From Thermoanaerobaculia bacterium (lineage in GTDB: Bacteria; Acidobacteriota; Thermoanaerobaculia; UBA5066), in NCBI GenBank assembly GCA_036504335.1, contig DASXVJ010000033.1, forward strand, positions 97,921 to 161,920: a stretch of DNA of 64,000 nt, in the 5' to 3' direction. How positions within the stretch are numbered: the first letter of the stretch is position 1; every line of letters starts with the position of its first letter. The position numbers were made by a program, and so were the translations under genes. The notes under the pieces were generated by a model. It saw only the letters and a program-made list of their open reading frames with translations. It ran no database searches and had not been told where the DNA came from. This document shows, piece after piece, positions 20,109 through 28,800 of this stretch.

Positions 20109-21745
20109 CGGCCCGCCTCCCCCGCCAGCAGCGTGCGCAGCGCGGCGCGGTCGTCGAACGGGTGCGCGACGCCCGCGATCACCTGTTCGGTCTCGTGGCC
20201 CTTGCCCGCGACGAGGACGACGTCGCCCGGCCGCGCGCGGCGGAGCGCCTCGGCGATCGCGGCCTGGCGGTCGGCGATCGCCGCGACGGCGGCGCCGGCA
20301 GGGATGCCGCCCAGGACTTCCGCGATGATCGCGTCGGGGTCCTCCGAGCGCGGGTTGTCCGACGTGACGACGACGTCGTCGGCAAGCTGCGCGGCGATGC
20401 GTCCCATGACGGGGCGCTTGGCCCGGTCGCGATCGCCGCCGCACCCGAAGACGACGTGCACGCGCCCGCCGCCGGCCGCGGCGAGCGGGCGGACGGTGCG
20501 GAGCACGCCTTCGAGCGCGGCCGGCTTGTGCGCGTAGTCGACGAGGATCGTCAGCCCGCGGTTGTTCTCGATGCGCTCGAGGCGGCCGGGAACGCTCTCC
20601 ACGGACGAAAGCGAGGAGGAGATCTCGGAGGGCGAGAAGCCCAGCGCGATCCCCGCGGCCGCCGCGGCGAGAAGGTTCTCGGCGTTCGGACGGCCGAGAA
20701 GAGGGGAACTTATGCTGAATGGATTTTCAGTCTGGCCCGTTCCTTCACGCTTCAGTGGGGCTCTCGTACCGGTATTGTTTTCTTCGAAGGTGAATGGGGC
20801 GAGGACCGAGACGTCGAGGCGAGTTCCTGCGAGCCCCAGCGTGGCACGCCCGAGGACCGTCGCGAAGAGGCCGCCCGTTCCTTCTCTCCCCGCCACCGCC
20901 GCCGCCACCGCGACCGCGCCCGCGAGCGCCGCCGGGCGCGTCTGCTCCGTCCCTTCTTCACCTTCCAAGAGAAAACCAACGGTCCGATTCGCTCTGAGTC
21001 TGCTCGCGAGCCGTCTTCCATACTCATCCCCGAGGTTCACGACGGCCTTCCCCTCCGGCTTCAGCAGCCCGAAGAGGCGGGACTTCGCCTCGAAGTAGTC
21101 GTCCATGTCGGCGTGGAAGTCGAGGTGCTCGTGCGAGAGGTTCAGGAACAGCGCGACGTCGAACGTGCAGCCCGCGAGACGCTCGAGGACGAGCGCGTGC
21201 GAGGAGCACTCGAGCGTCGCGGCCGTGCCGCCGTCCTTCACGAGCGCGCCGAGCATCGGCTGGAGCTCCGTGGCCTCCGGCGTCGTGTGAGGGGACGGGA
21301 CGGCCGCCGCGTCGCCGCCGGCGCCGCGGTAGACGATCGTCCCGAAGAGGCCGCGCTTGTCGTGCCGCGCCGCGAGGAGGCGATCCACGAGGAACGCCGT
21401 CGTGGTCTTTCCGCTCGTGCCCGTGACGCCCGCCGTCACGAGGCGCGCCGCCGGCCGGCCCGCGAGGAGCGCGGCCATCAGGCCCGCCGCGCGCCGCGGG
21501 TTCTCGACCGCGAGGTACGGTACGGCGAGGCTCTCCGGCGCGGGCGCGAGCCCCAGCGCGGCGACGGCCCCGCGCGCGACGGCGTCGGCGACGAACCGTC
21601 GGCCGTCCGCCTTCTGCCCCGGGTACGCGGCGAAGAGCGTGCCCGGCGTGGCGGCGCGCGAGTCGTGCGTGATCGACGTGACGTCCGGGTCCCCGGCGCC
21701 TTCGGCCGTGTGCGGGATCTCGGCGGCGAGCGCGGAGAGCCTCAC
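20105..21745 (-). CDS. murE: MurE (UDP-MurNAc-tripeptide synthetase, meso-DAP-type inferred)
   Basis: GTG 21745 (VRLSALAAEI...) overlaps the ftsI stop as GTGA. Contains GVTGTSGKTTT, and DYAHKP, DNPRSEDP near the C-terminus. 546 aa. The region before the GRPNAENLL segment is longer than in E. coli MurE. Confidence 0.88.
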   Translation of the reverse strand: MRLSALAAEIPHTAEGAGDPDVTSITHDSRAATPGTLFAAYPGQKADGRRFVADAVARGAVAALGLAPAPESLAVPYLAVENPRRAAGLMAALLAGRPAARLVTAGVTGTSGKTTTAFLVDRLLAARHDKRGLFGTIVYRGAGGDAAAVPSPHTTPEATELQPMLGALVKDGGTAATLECSSHALVLERLAGCTFDVALFLNLSHEHLDFHADMDDYFEAKSRLFGLLKPEGKAVVNLGDEYGRRLASRLRANRTVGFLLEGEEGTEQTRPAALAGAVAVAAAVAGREGTGGLFATVLGRATLGLAGTRLDVSVLAPFTFEENNTGTRAPLKREGTGQTENPFSISSPLLGRPNAENLLAAAAAGIALGFSPSEISSSLSSVESVPGRLERIENNRGLTILVDYAHKPAALEGVLRTVRPLAAAGGGRVHVVFGCGGDRDRAKRPVMGRIAAQLADDVVVTSDNPRSEDPDAIIAEVLGGIPAGAAVAAIADRQAAIAEALRRARPGDVVLVAGKGHETEQVIAGVAHPFDDRAALRTLLAGEAGR

Positions 21746-23805
21746 GGCATCCCTCCCTCGGCCGCCCGGCTCGAGGCCGGCGCGAGGACGAGCGCGCACG
21801 TCGTCCCGCGGGAGAGAGGGGCGCCCGCGGGCGGATCCTGCGAGACGACGAAGCCCGAGCCCTGGAGCCGTGCGGCGACGCCGCGCAAGGCGAGCACACG
21901 CACCGCGTCGCGCGCGCTCTTGCCCGAGAGGTCCGGCACGGCGTCCTCGTCGACCTCGGGCCCGGTGCGGTTCGCGGCGGGAACGACGCCCGCGGCCGCG
22001 AGCTGCGCGCCCACGGAGGCGGGCGCGGCGCCGGCCGAGAGATCCGCGGTGAGGATGGGCGAGCGAGCGCCGTCCGGCCGCTGCGGCGCCACCTTGAGGA
22101 CGCGCATGACCTCGGCGCCGATCTGCGAGAAGACGGGCGCCGCGACGTCGCCGCCGTACGTCTTCCCGCGCGGCTCGTCCACGACCACCGCGATCACGAC
22201 GCGCGGCGCGTCCGCCGGCACGAAGCCGATGAACGACGCGACGTACTTGTCCTTCGAGTACCCGGCGCCGGGGATCGCCTTCTGGGCGGTTCCCGTCTTG
22301 CCGGCGGCGGCGTAACCCGGAATGGCGGCTGCTTTTCCCGTTCCCATCTCGACGACCCTCGCGAGGAGCCGTCGCATCTGGCGTGCCGTGCCCTCGGTGA
22401 GGACGCGGGGCGGCTCGGGATGCGGAATGCTCCGGAACTCCGCAGATCCGCTCCGTTTCACGCCGTCGACGACGTGCAGCGAAGGCAGGACGCCGCCGTT
22501 CGCGATGGCGGCGTACGCGCGGGCCATCTGGAGGACGGTGACGCCGATCTCCTGCCCGAACGCCATCGTCGGGAGGGAGAGCGCGCTCCACTGCGCGGTC
22601 TCCCTGAGGAGGCCCGCCGTCTCGCCCTTGAGCTCGATGCCCGTCTTCTGGCCGAACCCGAAGCTGCGCATCGCCTTGTAGAACGGCCCGCGCCCGAGGC
22701 CGAGCGCCACGTGCGCGATCCCGATGTTCGAGGAGTGCGCGAGGATGTCGCCGATCGTGAGCGCGCTCCAGCCCTTGCCGCCGTGCTCGTGGATCGTCGT
22801 CCCCCCGATCGACAGAACGCCGCCTCCACAATCCACGGCGTCGTCGAGGCCGATCGTCCCGCCGTCGAGCGCCGCGCCCGCCGCCACGATCTTGAACGTC
22901 GAGCCGGGCTCGTACGCGTCCGTGAGGGGGCGGCACTTGCGCGCCTCGGCGTCGGATTCCCCGAACCGGTTCGGGTCGAACGGCGGCCACGACGCGAGCG
23001 CGAGGACGGCGCCCGTCGCGGGGTCGAGGACGATCGCGGAGGCGCCCTTCGGATGGAACTCGGCCGCGACGCGCGCGAGCTCGCGCTCGGCCGCATGCTG
23101 GATCGCGGAGCGCAGCGTGAGCCGGAGGGACGCTCCCTCGATGCCTTCGGCGGGGGCCTCGCCGCCGGCGCGCGTGCGCGCCGCGTAGGAGCGCCGCGCC
23201 GCGTCCTTCAGGAGCGTCACCGTGACGGGCCGGCCGCGCACCTCCGAGTCGTACCGGAACTCGAGGCCGCCGAGGCCGTGGTCCTCCGTCCCGACGTAGC
23301 CGAGGACGGCCGCGGCGAGCGGCCCCTCGGGGTAGCGACGCACCGACTCGGGGACGAGCGAGACGCCCGGCAGCCGCTTTTCGGCCATGAGCGCGCGCAC
23401 GCGGTCCGCGACGGCGTTCGACACGCGCCGGGAGACCCACACGAATTCCTTGTCCGAGGCGAGCTTCCTCTCGAGATCCTTCGCGTGCAGCGCAGGCAGA
23501 TTGAGAAGCCTGGCGAGAAGCGCGGCCTCGCCCACGGGGTCCTCGACGTCCGACGGGGTCGCGAAGACCGAGTCCGCGCGGGCGTTCACCGCGAGGGGCT
23601 TGCCGTCCGCGTCCTCGATCGTGCCGCGACGCGGCGCGAGCTCCGTGACGCGCTCCTGCTGCTTCTTCGCGCGGCGGGCGAATTCGTGCTGGCGCACGAC
23701 CTGCAGGTCCACGAGGCGCACGAGGAGTCCGAGGATCCACAGCCCCACGAGTCCGAGGAGGACCCAGGCGCGGCGCGAGGGATCGGGGCGGCGCGGGGCG
23801 TTCAG
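21742..23805 (-). CDS. ftsI: FtsI-type class B penicillin-binding protein with C-terminal PASTA domain
   Basis: TM helix WVLLGLVGLWILGLLV. Transpeptidase motifs STFK-like (GSTFK), SSN and KTGT. The C-terminal VPDLSGKSARDAVRVL...VVSQDPPAG is PASTA-like. The start is uncertain: the only in-frame candidate after the ftsL stop is CTG 23805, and the track ORF extends to 24363 as read-through. Confidence 0.82.
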   Translation of the reverse strand: MNAPRRPDPSRRAWVLLGLVGLWILGLLVRLVDLQVVRQHEFARRAKKQQERVTELAPRRGTIEDADGKPLAVNARADSVFATPSDVEDPVGEAALLARLLNLPALHAKDLERKLASDKEFVWVSRRVSNAVADRVRALMAEKRLPGVSLVPESVRRYPEGPLAAAVLGYVGTEDHGLGGLEFRYDSEVRGRPVTVTLLKDAARRSYAARTRAGGEAPAEGIEGASLRLTLRSAIQHAAERELARVAAEFHPKGASAIVLDPATGAVLALASWPPFDPNRFGESDAEARKCRPLTDAYEPGSTFKIVAAGAALDGGTIGLDDAVDCGGGVLSIGGTTIHEHGGKGWSALTIGDILAHSSNIGIAHVALGLGRGPFYKAMRSFGFGQKTGIELKGETAGLLRETAQWSALSLPTMAFGQEIGVTVLQMARAYAAIANGGVLPSLHVVDGVKRSGSAEFRSIPHPEPPRVLTEGTARQMRRLLARVVEMGTGKAAAIPGYAAAGKTGTAQKAIPGAGYSKDKYVASFIGFVPADAPRVVIAVVVDEPRGKTYGGDVAAPVFSQIGAEVMRVLKVAPQRPDGARSPILTADLSAGAAPASVGAQLAAAGVVPAANRTGPEVDEDAVPDLSGKSARDAVRVLALRGVAARLQGSGFVVSQDPPAGAPLSRGTTCALVLAPASSRAAEGGMP

Positions 23806-24194
23806 GGCGCCTCCCGGCGCGCGGCGGGCGGCCGCGCAGGCGGAGGCGCCGGAGCGAGCGCCGCGTCCTTCACGAGCACGACCTGGTCGAGCGTCGGGGG
23901 CACGAGGCCGAGCGTCCGCCTGGAGACGTCCTCGACCCGCGAGAGCGCGGCCGCCTGGGCGCGGTCCATCTCGAGCTTGCGCTTCTTCTCGAGAAGCGTC
24001 TCCCGTTTCTTTGCGACCGTGGCGATCCGGTAGCCGAGCTCGACCGTCTTGACGTTCGCCCAGATCGCGACGAACAGCACGATGACGGGCGGCACGGCGG
24101 CGAGCGCGAATCCGAAGAGCTCGCGCGACCGGTGGCGGTCGCGCTCCCGGACCAGGTAGACGTTTTCGACGGGGCGACGGACCGCGTAGGCCAT
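23802..24194 (-). CDS. ftsL: FtsL-like division protein
   Basis: 130 aa. One TM helix (FGFALAAVPPVIVLFVAIWA) followed by a coiled-coil-like segment. The position between rsmH and ftsI supports the call. Confidence 0.6.
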   Translation of the reverse strand: MAYAVRRPVENVYLVRERDRHRSRELFGFALAAVPPVIVLFVAIWANVKTVELGYRIATVAKKRETLLEKKRKLEMDRAQAAALSRVEDVSRRTLGLVPPTLDQVVLVKDAALAPAPPPARPPAARREAP

Positions 24195-24203
24195 GGGAAT
24201 CCC

Positions 24204-25172
24204 TTAACGCGGCGGCGTCAGAGGGCCGGTCTCCTCGGCGACGCGCTCGAGGACGCGGAGGCGCGCCGAGCGGGCGCGCGGGTTCTCGCCGAGCTCGGCG
24301 AGCGTGGGGCGGATGGCCTTCTTCGTGACGAGCGCCATCACGCGGCGGCGCGAGCAGACGCACACGGGGAACGACGGCGGGCAGGTGCAGCCGGCCGTGT
24401 GGCGCTGGAAGGCGTGCTTGACGATGCGGTCCTCGAGCGAGTGGTACGAGAGGACCGAGAGCCGCGCACCGAGCGCGAGGCGCGCGATGGCGTCGTCGAG
24501 GAAGCGCTCGAGCTCGACGAGCTCGCGGTTCGTGGCGATCCGGAGGGCCTGGAAGACGCGCGTCGCGGGGTCCTTGTGCTTTTCCCGTCGCGGGCCGAGC
24601 GCCCGGAGGACGAGGCGCCGCATCTCGCCCGTGGTCCGGATGGGAGCCGTCTCCCGCGCCTCAACGACCCGTCGCGCGATCGGTCCGGCCATGCGCTCTT
24701 CCCCCCATTCGCGGAAAATCCGCGTCAGTTCGTCCCGTGAGGCGGTCGCGACGAGGTCCGCGGCCGTCGGGCCGTCCGGCCCCATCCGCATGTCGAGCGG
24801 TCCGTCCTTCATGAACGAGAACCCCCGCTCGGCGCGGTCGATCTGCATCGACGACACGCCGAGGTCCGCGAGGACGCCGGCCACCCGGTCGATCCCGAGC
24901 GCGTCGAGGTGGGCGGCGAGGTCCTCGTGGCGGCCCGGGACGGTGACGAGGCGGTCCCCGAAGCGCGCGAGGCGCTCCTTCGCGATGGCGAGCGCCTCGG
25001 GATCGCGGTCGATCCCCACGATCCGCACGAGGGGCGACGCCTCGAGCAGGGCCTCCGCGTGTCCGCCCAGGCCGAGTGTCGCGTCGACGAACACGCCGCC
25101 GCCCTCCGGCCGGAGAGCCGCGACGACCTCACGGAGGAGGACGGGGACGTGACCCGCGCGTTCTCCTTCCAT
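24204..25172 (-). CDS. rsmH: 16S rRNA m4C1402 methyltransferase RsmH
   Basis: 322 aa. Contains HVPVLLREV, DATLGLGGH and the DLGVSS motif. Confidence 0.93.
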   Translation of the reverse strand: MEGERAGHVPVLLREVVAALRPEGGGVFVDATLGLGGHAEALLEASPLVRIVGIDRDPEALAIAKERLARFGDRLVTVPGRHEDLAAHLDALGIDRVAGVLADLGVSSMQIDRAERGFSFMKDGPLDMRMGPDGPTAADLVATASRDELTRIFREWGEERMAGPIARRVVEARETAPIRTTGEMRRLVLRALGPRREKHKDPATRVFQALRIATNRELVELERFLDDAIARLALGARLSVLSYHSLEDRIVKHAFQRHTAGCTCPPSFPVCVCSRRRVMALVTKKAIRPTLAELGENPRARSARLRVLERVAEETGPLTPPR

Positions 25173-25181
25173 GTCGGACCG

Positions 25182-25628
25182 TCAGACGAGATGGCGTGCG
25201 AGTTCGTCGTAGTCCTCATCAGTGATCGTGGCCGTCTTGAGCGTCTTGAGATGGCGGGCGCGGTCGACGAGGCGGAGATGGTCGGTCTGTCCCAGGACGA
25301 GCGCGTCGCCCGAGAGTCCCGAGACCTCGCGCAGGAGCGACGGCACGAGCAGGCGGCCCTGCGTGTCCATCCGCACCGTCTGGCCGAACGTGTTGAGGCG
25401 TTCCTGGAACTTCGCCTTCGCACGGTGGATCGCCGGCATCGCGGCCAGCTTCTCCTCGAGCGCGTTCCAGACGGGCATGGGGAAGATCAGCACGTCGGCG
25501 CCCGAGATCGACGTCAGGAAGAACTCCGGGCCGAACGTGTCCTCGACGGGCTCGCGGAAGACGGCCGGGACCTTGAAACGGCCCTTCTCGTCCACGGTCG
25601 TCTCGGCGCTGCCCCGGAGGCGGTCCAT
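25182..25628 (-). CDS. mraZ: transcriptional regulator MraZ
   Basis: The start was re-derived at ATG 25628 (MDRLRGSAETTVDEKGRFKVPAVFR...). A second DTQGRLLVPSLLR repeat is present. 148 aa. Confidence 0.88.
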   Translation of the reverse strand: MDRLRGSAETTVDEKGRFKVPAVFREPVEDTFGPEFFLTSISGADVLIFPMPVWNALEEKLAAMPAIHRAKAKFQERLNTFGQTVRMDTQGRLLVPSLLREVSGLSGDALVLGQTDHLRLVDRARHLKTLKTATITDEDYDELARHLV

Positions 25629-25678
25629 AATCCCTCTCGTGAAAAGCGACGGCGGAGGCGGTGGCAGGCCCCAGGGGC

Positions 25679-25712
25679 CCACCATTCACCACCACTGACC
25701 ACTTTTTTCCAC
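25679..25712 (-). promoter_or_regulatory. candidate MraZ operator: four GTGG repeats with exact 10-nt phasing
   Basis: CCAC on the plus strand (GTGG on the gene strand) starts at 25679, 25689, 25699 and 25709, which is 50-85 nt upstream of the mraZ start. MraZ operators in other bacteria are short direct repeats with about 10-nt periodicity. Confidence 0.4.
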
Positions 25713-25816
25713 CAGCGAGTATCCGGCGGCCCCGCCGGGGGCGTCAAGAGAAATCCCGTCTCAGGAGCGGGTTGCGGCTCCAGGGGCTTCCGGGCGGGGT
25801 GGTACCCTCGCCGCCC

Positions 25817-26974
25817 GTGACGGCGCCGAACCCCGATCTCCTCCCGCCTCCCGCTCCCGCGCCGCTCTTCGTCGCGTCCGAGGCGCCGCTCGCCGGGCTC
25901 CTCGCCCGCCTCGACGCGGATCCCGGCGCGCCCGTCGCGCTCGACACGGAGGCCGATTCCTTCCATCACTACTACGAGAAGGTGTGCCTCGTGCAGGTCG
26001 GCCTCGGCGCCGAGGCGTTTCTCGTGGACCCGCTCGCCGGCGTCGACCTCGCGCCTCTCTTCGCGCGGCTCGCGGCGCGCCCGCTCCTCCTGCACGGGGC
26101 CGACTACGACCTCCGCCTGCTCTTCCGAGGCTACGGCTTCCGCGCGTCGTCGCTCTTCGACACGATGATCGCGGCGCAGCTCGTCGGCGAGAAGGAGATC
26201 GGCCTCGCCGCGCTTCTGGCGACGCGCGTCGGGGTCTCGCTCGACAAGGCGCACCAGCGCGCGGACTGGAGCGAGCGGCCGCTCTCGGCGTCGATGGCCG
26301 CGTACGCGGCGGCCGACGTCGTCCACCTGCCCGCGCTCGTCGGCTCTCTCACGGCCGACCTCGCGGCGAAGGGCCGCCTCGCGTGGCACGCGGAGGAGTG
26401 CACGCGCCTCGCCGAGACCGCGTTCCCCGCCGGGCGCGCCGCCGACACGGAAAACGACTGGCGGATCAAGGGCTCGAACGGCGTGTCCGACAGGGAGCGC
26501 GCCTTCGTGCGCGCGTTCTGGGAGGTCCGCGAAGCGCGCGCCCGCGCCCTCGACCGCCCGCCCTTCCGCGTCCTCACGAACGAGAGGCTCCTCGCGGCCG
26601 CCGCGCTCGCGGCCAAGGGCGAGCGCGATCTCGCGCGCCTCTTCCCCGGGCCGCGCCCCCTCCCCGGACCGTTCGCCGAGGCGCTGAGGGGCGCGATCGA
26701 GGCCGCTGCGGCCGCCAACCCCGCCGACTGGCCGAAACCCCGGCGCGGCGAGCGGGCCGACACCGATCCCGCGCTCGAGCGGGACGTGGACGCGCTCAAG
26801 AAGGCGCGCGACGCGAAAGCGGTCGCGCTCGGCCTCGACCCCGGCGTCCTCGGGTCGCGCGCGGCGCTCACCGCGGCGGCGCGCGTCAAGCGCGCGCACG
26901 GACGGCTCACGCCGGAGCTTCTCGCGACGGAAGCCGGGCTCTCGCGCTGGCGCGCGGAGCTCCTTTCGCTCTGA
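25817..26974 (+). CDS. rnd: ribonuclease D (DEDDy exonuclease + HRDC)
   Basis: Contains VALDTEADSFHHYYEKVCLVQV, HGADYDLRLL and YAAADVVHL motifs. GTG 25817 is chosen as the start. The track ORF begins at 25661. Confidence 0.8.
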   Translation: MTAPNPDLLPPPAPAPLFVASEAPLAGLLARLDADPGAPVALDTEADSFHHYYEKVCLVQVGLGAEAFLVDPLAGVDLAPLFARLAARPLLLHGADYDLRLLFRGYGFRASSLFDTMIAAQLVGEKEIGLAALLATRVGVSLDKAHQRADWSERPLSASMAAYAAADVVHLPALVGSLTADLAAKGRLAWHAEECTRLAETAFPAGRAADTENDWRIKGSNGVSDRERAFVRAFWEVREARARALDRPPFRVLTNERLLAAAALAAKGERDLARLFPGPRPLPGPFAEALRGAIEAAAAANPADWPKPRRGERADTDPALERDVDALKKARDAKAVALGLDPGVLGSRAALTAAARVKRAHGRLTPELLATEAGLSRWRAELLSL

Positions 26975-26986
26975 GGCGCAGGTGCC

Positions 26987-28666
26987 TCAGAACCTCGCGA
27001 TGAGGCCGAGGTGGGCGTCGCCCTGATTCAGGTAGTTCGTGCCGTACCAGGCGTAGCAGCCATAGACCGGGTCGCACGTCGACCCGCCGCTCGTGGACGC
27101 GTTGATGTAGACGGGCATCCACCGGGCCCCGGCGCGCAGTCCGAAGTGGTCGGCGAAGTAGTACTTGACGCCGCCGCCGACGCTCCCCGAAAAGCGCGTG
27201 ATCGTGTTGAACTCGGGCGAGGGCGTCAGAACGGTGACGCCGAGAAGAACGTCGAAGTACAGGCGGGCCTTGTTGCTCGCGTCGCCCGACATCCACATGC
27301 CGCCGATCTGGAACGTGTCGACGTTCAGGTGGGAGAGCTTGTCGTCGTACCCGACCGTGCCCGCGGTGAACTGCGCTCTGAGCGTCGTGTTCTGGTGGCT
27401 CCAGAGCGCCTCGAGGGAGCCCCACGGCGTGACCCCGTATTCGAACGTCAGGCCCCAGCTCAGGGCGTTCGGCACGCCGATCTTCTCGAAGTAGGACGTC
27501 ACGGACTCCGACGTCGTGCCGCCCCAGCGCCAGCCGACCGTCGGCGTGATCTCGACGACCGGGTCGTGCGACGCCGTCGTGACCGGGCCCGTGCCGACCC
27601 CGGCCACACCGGCGGCCTGGTCGAGGATGTCGGGGCCGGCCGCCTGCGAGAAGCCCGGAGGAGGAGGCGGAGGCGTGAAGTACGCCTGCGCCTCGGGGTT
27701 GACCTTGATGACGGCCTCCCGCTTGAGCTTGTCGAGGTACTCCGCGAGCTTCTTCTGGAACTGTGTGTCCTGCTCGCGCTTCAGGAGGTCGGCCTTCACG
27801 TCGGCGAAAGACTTGTACGACACCGGCGCCTTCTCGAGGACCTTCACGATGTGCCAGCCGAACTTCGTCTGGATCGGGTCGGACACGGCGCCGACCGGGA
27901 GCGAGAAGACGGCCTTGTCGATGTCGGCCGCGAGCTCGCCCTTCGCGACGATTCCGAGGTCGCCGCCCTTGCTCTTCGTGCCGCCGTCCGAAAATTCCCT
28001 CACGACGGCCTCGAACTTCGCGCCGCCTTTCAGCAGGTCCGAGGCTTCCTTGGCCCGGCGCGCCGCGGCCGCAGGGTCGTCGCCCTTCGAGATGAGGACC
28101 TCGGCGAGGTGCGCCTTCTCCGGGACCCGCCACGTCTCCTTCTCGCGTTCGTAGATGACCCGGAGCGCGTCGTCCGAGAGGTCCACCTTCGCCTGCACCT
28201 CGCGCCCGACGACGCGCTGCAGCGTCTGCGAGCGGCGCAGCTGGTCGCGCAGGCGGTCCACCGTGAGGCCGGAGGCGGCGAGGCTCTTCGCGAACTCCTC
28301 GTCGGTCTTGACGTTGTTCTGCTCCTTGAGCCGCTTGATCTGGTCCTCGATCTCCTGGTCCGTCGTGATGAGGTCGAGCTCCTTGGCCCGGTCCTCGAGG
28401 AGCGCCTCGTTGACGAGCTCCTCCATGACGCTCTTCTTCAGGGTCTCGCGCTGCGCCGGGGTCGGGGGGGCGGCGCTCTCGCGGATGGCCTGGTCCATCC
28501 GGGCGTCGAACTGGCTCTGCGTGATGATCCGCGAGTTCACGTGGATGAGGATCCGGTTCACGATCTCGCTGGCCGAGAGCGGGAACGCCGGGGCGAGGGC
28601 GACGAGCGCAGCCAGAGTGGCGGCCGCCGCGCCGAGCGGTCTGAAAAAGGGCCGATTTGACGTCAC
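26987..28666 (-). CDS. SurA-like chaperone / PpiC-type PPIase fused to a C-terminal outer-membrane beta-barrel
   Basis: 559 aa, starting at GTG 28666. Signal peptide, then a SurA_N-like region (IVNRILIHVNSRIITQSQFD). A parvulin motif follows (GDLGIVAKGELAADIDKAVFSLPVGAVSDPIQTKFGWHIVKV), then a Pro-rich linker (PPPPPPG). The last ~200 aa are alternating beta-strand sequence ending ...GDAHLGLIARF. Confidence 0.7.
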   Translation of the reverse strand: MTSNRPFFRPLGAAAATLAALVALAPAFPLSASEIVNRILIHVNSRIITQSQFDARMDQAIRESAAPPTPAQRETLKKSVMEELVNEALLEDRAKELDLITTDQEIEDQIKRLKEQNNVKTDEEFAKSLAASGLTVDRLRDQLRRSQTLQRVVGREVQAKVDLSDDALRVIYEREKETWRVPEKAHLAEVLISKGDDPAAAARRAKEASDLLKGGAKFEAVVREFSDGGTKSKGGDLGIVAKGELAADIDKAVFSLPVGAVSDPIQTKFGWHIVKVLEKAPVSYKSFADVKADLLKREQDTQFQKKLAEYLDKLKREAVIKVNPEAQAYFTPPPPPPGFSQAAGPDILDQAAGVAGVGTGPVTTASHDPVVEITPTVGWRWGGTTSESVTSYFEKIGVPNALSWGLTFEYGVTPWGSLEALWSHQNTTLRAQFTAGTVGYDDKLSHLNVDTFQIGGMWMSGDASNKARLYFDVLLGVTVLTPSPEFNTITRFSGSVGGGVKYYFADHFGLRAGARWMPVYINASTSGGSTCDPVYGCYAWYGTNYLNQGDAHLGLIARF

Positions 28667-28695
28667 AAGGCCGGAGTCTAGCGAAATCCGGGCCG
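28631..28695. repeat. direct repeat copy 1 (5-prime end and leader of the SurA-barrel gene); partner at 33237-33301
   Basis: GCCGAGCGGTCTGAAAAAGG...GGCCGGAGTCTAGCGAAATCCGGGCCG. The last 27 nt (28669-28695) are identical to 33275-33301. Confidence 0.8.
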
Positions 28696-28800
28696 CCTAC
28701 CCCGCGGCGGCCCTTTCCGCGGGCCATCCGCGCGCCCTCACTTCCCGGTACCATCCAGCACGGCCCGTGTCTGGCGTGCGTAAAGCGCGCGGGAGGGGAA

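Noticed and set aside
20105-23740. 1211-aa minus-strand ORF, plus similar read-through ORFs at 13945..16158, 15402..18137, 16517..18520, 17620..20100, 19023..20444 and 21742..24363
   Set aside because: In each case the N-terminal part is Arg/Gly/Pro-rich nonsense that overlaps the upstream dcw gene in another frame. True starts were placed where recognisable Mur/Fts N-termini begin and where 1-4-nt start/stop overlaps occur.
26971-26990. CTGAGGC-GCAGGT-GCCTCAG hairpin between the convergent rnd and SurA-barrel genes
   Set aside because: It is a plausible bidirectional terminator, but the stem is only 7 bp, includes both stop codons and has no U-tract. That is too weak to list as a feature.
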